DNA of 64,000 nt, from positions 10,044,001-10,108,000 of the forward strand of contig CM120640.1 of the NCBI GenBank assembly GCA_051362555.1, written 5' to 3'. The position numbers and the translations under genes are program-made. Below the pieces are notes generated by a model that made no database searches, was not told the origin of the DNA, and saw only the letters and a program-made list of their open reading frames with translations. Source of the DNA: Lingula anatina. Taxonomy: Eukaryota; Animalia; Brachiopoda. Positions 61,535-64,000 of the stretch are shown piece by piece; position 1 is the first letter of the stretch, and each line of letters starts with the position of its first letter.

Positions 61535-64000
61535 TATTGCTATTCAGATTTCCCTCTAAGGAATTTTTGTATGCCAATTTAAGTTTAATGTCGATAAATT
61601 ACTGTGAGAAAATACCGCTGCAGATTAGCCGCTCTTGCATCGTCAAATGAAAAAGTTTGCCGATGTTCACTCCTCTCAGCATGGCGTGTGTTTCTCTGCT
61701 CGCTTCACTTCCATCAGCTCTCTAATATACCTGCGCTCAGGTGAATATTACACCTTTAATACTTACCTTATTGGTTGGTATTTAGATAATACCCAAGATA
61801 ACGGTTGAGTCTATACAGTCGGTGCCGTCAGAGTGATACAGGTCATTCCGGATCATCGCACACGTCATGTTGTCTTGAGCGTCAACTGAAAAGTACCCTG
61901 GCGAACTATTCGAAGCGCTGGTCTGGCGACACATCTTTGATATGGAATTTTGTCAAATTCAAAAATTCAAATCTAACACTCACCTGCGGGTCTTGTTTTA
62001 GATTGACATATTAATGAAGGTTTTAGATGGAGGTTCCGCGTCGCAAAGGTGATACACTAACACGAAAATAAGAAATGAATATGTATTTTTCTTTTCGTAT
62101 CTGAAAGAGTTTTGCTTAAGTAAAGGCACTGTTTGTTTTCGTCCCAACAACAATTTGTAACAGTGTAACAACCATTCGATAGTTCCATTTGGCCTATGTC
62201 GTTAAAAACTCCCCTAATTTGACGCGGCAAAACAATATGTAAAGTACATTTATTTTCAATGTTTCATGCCCCAGGTGTCATATTTTCTACATATGTTTCA
62301 AAATGAATAAGTGCTCGAATACGCTTCGAATTTGAATTAGGTCCTATTTTGTTTGAAATGCAGATGTTAATTCTTCGACTTTATTAAAAACAGACGAAAG
62401 GAGTCGGGGAAATTATAAAACACATTTAAACTACAGAAGGTGAAAAACGCAGATGGTCATTAGTAAAATGATACTGGGATTTAATCTGCCACCATAGAAC
62501 ATAGGGCGACAAATGACAGTTAAATGGGTGTTAAATTATTGGGCAGATTACTCCCATTCCTTCTTAAGCCTTTTCAGATAGTGATAATTGATAGGGGCAG
62601 ATCACCAAAAAGTGAACACATATTTTTCTCAGTTTCCACCACTTGATATGTAGCTTCTTAGGAACATAAGTTAAAACCCGGTTAATGTTTCGTCTTTGAT
62701 TCATTGCTCTTTTTTCTTTAAGGTAGGCATGCGGGTCTCTAATTCACATTTCTGAAAACTTATCAGCGCAAAGAAGCCGTGATATCCGTGCACAATGTTT
62801 AAGTATTCAAAACATATTTTACCCCGCCCCTTCCCTTGCGGGACTTAAGTTAATGCGATTTGCACGTTATTCAATAAAACACGTTAGAAAACCTTACTCA
62901 TAGTTATAAAAAGAAGATAAAAAATAGGGTGACAAAATGCGAAGAAGTCTCAAACTAAGAACATTGATACAGATTTTGAGGCAGGTGGCACCGACAGTTT
63001 AACCTTTCGTTACAGTGCATAAAGCAGCTGTCACTTTTACAATCATTTAATGATTAGACGTTAAATTCAGTAGGAAACAGAGAACTGTAGAGACAAACAA
63101 CGTATCACAGGTGGAACAAAATATGTGTCATGTCAGATGATCACTCTAATCTTATTGTTACTTCCCACGTTAAAGTCAAGTTTTAAGCGATCTTATCTCG
63201 GAGGAAATGATCAAGTCTTTGAAATGTAGAAATACATAGGCCTTCCTTGTTCTGTTTAATGCCCCCAAAATAGTAGTATGGAGTTTCTTTGGCATCTGCA
63301 GTTTTTCATTGGAAAAGTGTCGTTCATATCAAAGAGGGGCACCCTGAGTGTCAGGGTATTTGTTGTCAATTATCTTTGGATATTGAGCATCGAAACTAAA
63401 TTTATCTGGTGTATCATTTAAGATGCTTTTTTTCAGTGACAAAACAAATTTGGAATTGTTCAGGCTTGGTTGAAGAACATTGGTTGAAGAAAGTTTATTG
63501 GCTCCCGAGTATTGTCTGAAACTGTAAAAGAATAATGGAATGACTTACAAGAGGTGTTCAAATAGGTAGACGCAATTAGCTTGCATTCTAGAAGAAATGG
63601 ACATACAAAAACGTTTTCGTTACTTTTTCCTGTAAGGTGCACTCGTTACTCCGACGCTGTCTTTTTTTCCCCGAAAGTTAGAAATTCTCAGCTGTTAGCC
63701 CTTCATCCTTACCACTGTGCCAAAGATTAATAGAATGTCGTTGCATCCTTTTCACATTTTCTGAAACCAAGCATCTCTTTCGACATGTCAACTTTAAACA
63801 ACAGCTCCTACGCGTGAGGAACCCCTACGTAGAGAAGATAAGTTTTGCTTTTAACGCTGCTTTGACTTTGACTATAAAATAAAAGACACAGGGGTGAGTT
63901 TGTGAGAAAAATCTTGTAAAAAGACCTTTGAAAAACTTCACTGAAACAGAACCCTGGAGCAATAGCTTTTTTTATCATTACCCCAATTAATAAAATCCTG

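Noticed and set aside
1-64000. tRNA, rRNA or snRNA genes; prokaryotic or viral systems
   Set aside because: No cloverleaf or rRNA-like sequence was recognised by eye and all genes are animal-type. Small ncRNAs cannot be excluded without a covariance-model search.

Overview
AT-rich, intron-containing animal genomic DNA. It is most consistent with a marine invertebrate, probably a lophotrochozoan such as a mollusc; this is inferred from repeat types and CpG pattern, not proven. Seven protein-coding genes were reconstructed by hand from GT-AG splice sites and motifs. They are: CENPJ/CPAP/SAS-4 (minus, runs off the left edge); a DUF4807-like gene (plus); a CCR4/Angel/Nocturnin/PDE12-type EEP phosphoesterase with a long disordered RG-rich N-terminus (plus); an A20/TNFAIP3-like OTU deubiquitinase with about 12 A20-type zinc fingers (minus); a FAAH2-like amidase (plus); an apparently bHLH-less Orange-domain protein (minus); and an intronless Olig-class bHLH gene (minus) beside a CpG-retaining gene desert. 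The main finding is that the EEP gene ends in three tandem, diverged, intact alternative last exons, all missed by the ORF track. Each supplies its own catalytic DY(I/F) and PSDH motifs, so one gene can potentially build three different active sites. A20 and FAAH2 share a head-to-head promoter with paired NF-kB sites. A non-autonomous Helentron-like (HINE) element occurs twice and carries 146-bp repeats with perfect DR1 nuclear-receptor motifs; one copy is nested inside an older HINE. Exon coordinates were read manually and may be off by a few bases. No database searches were possible.
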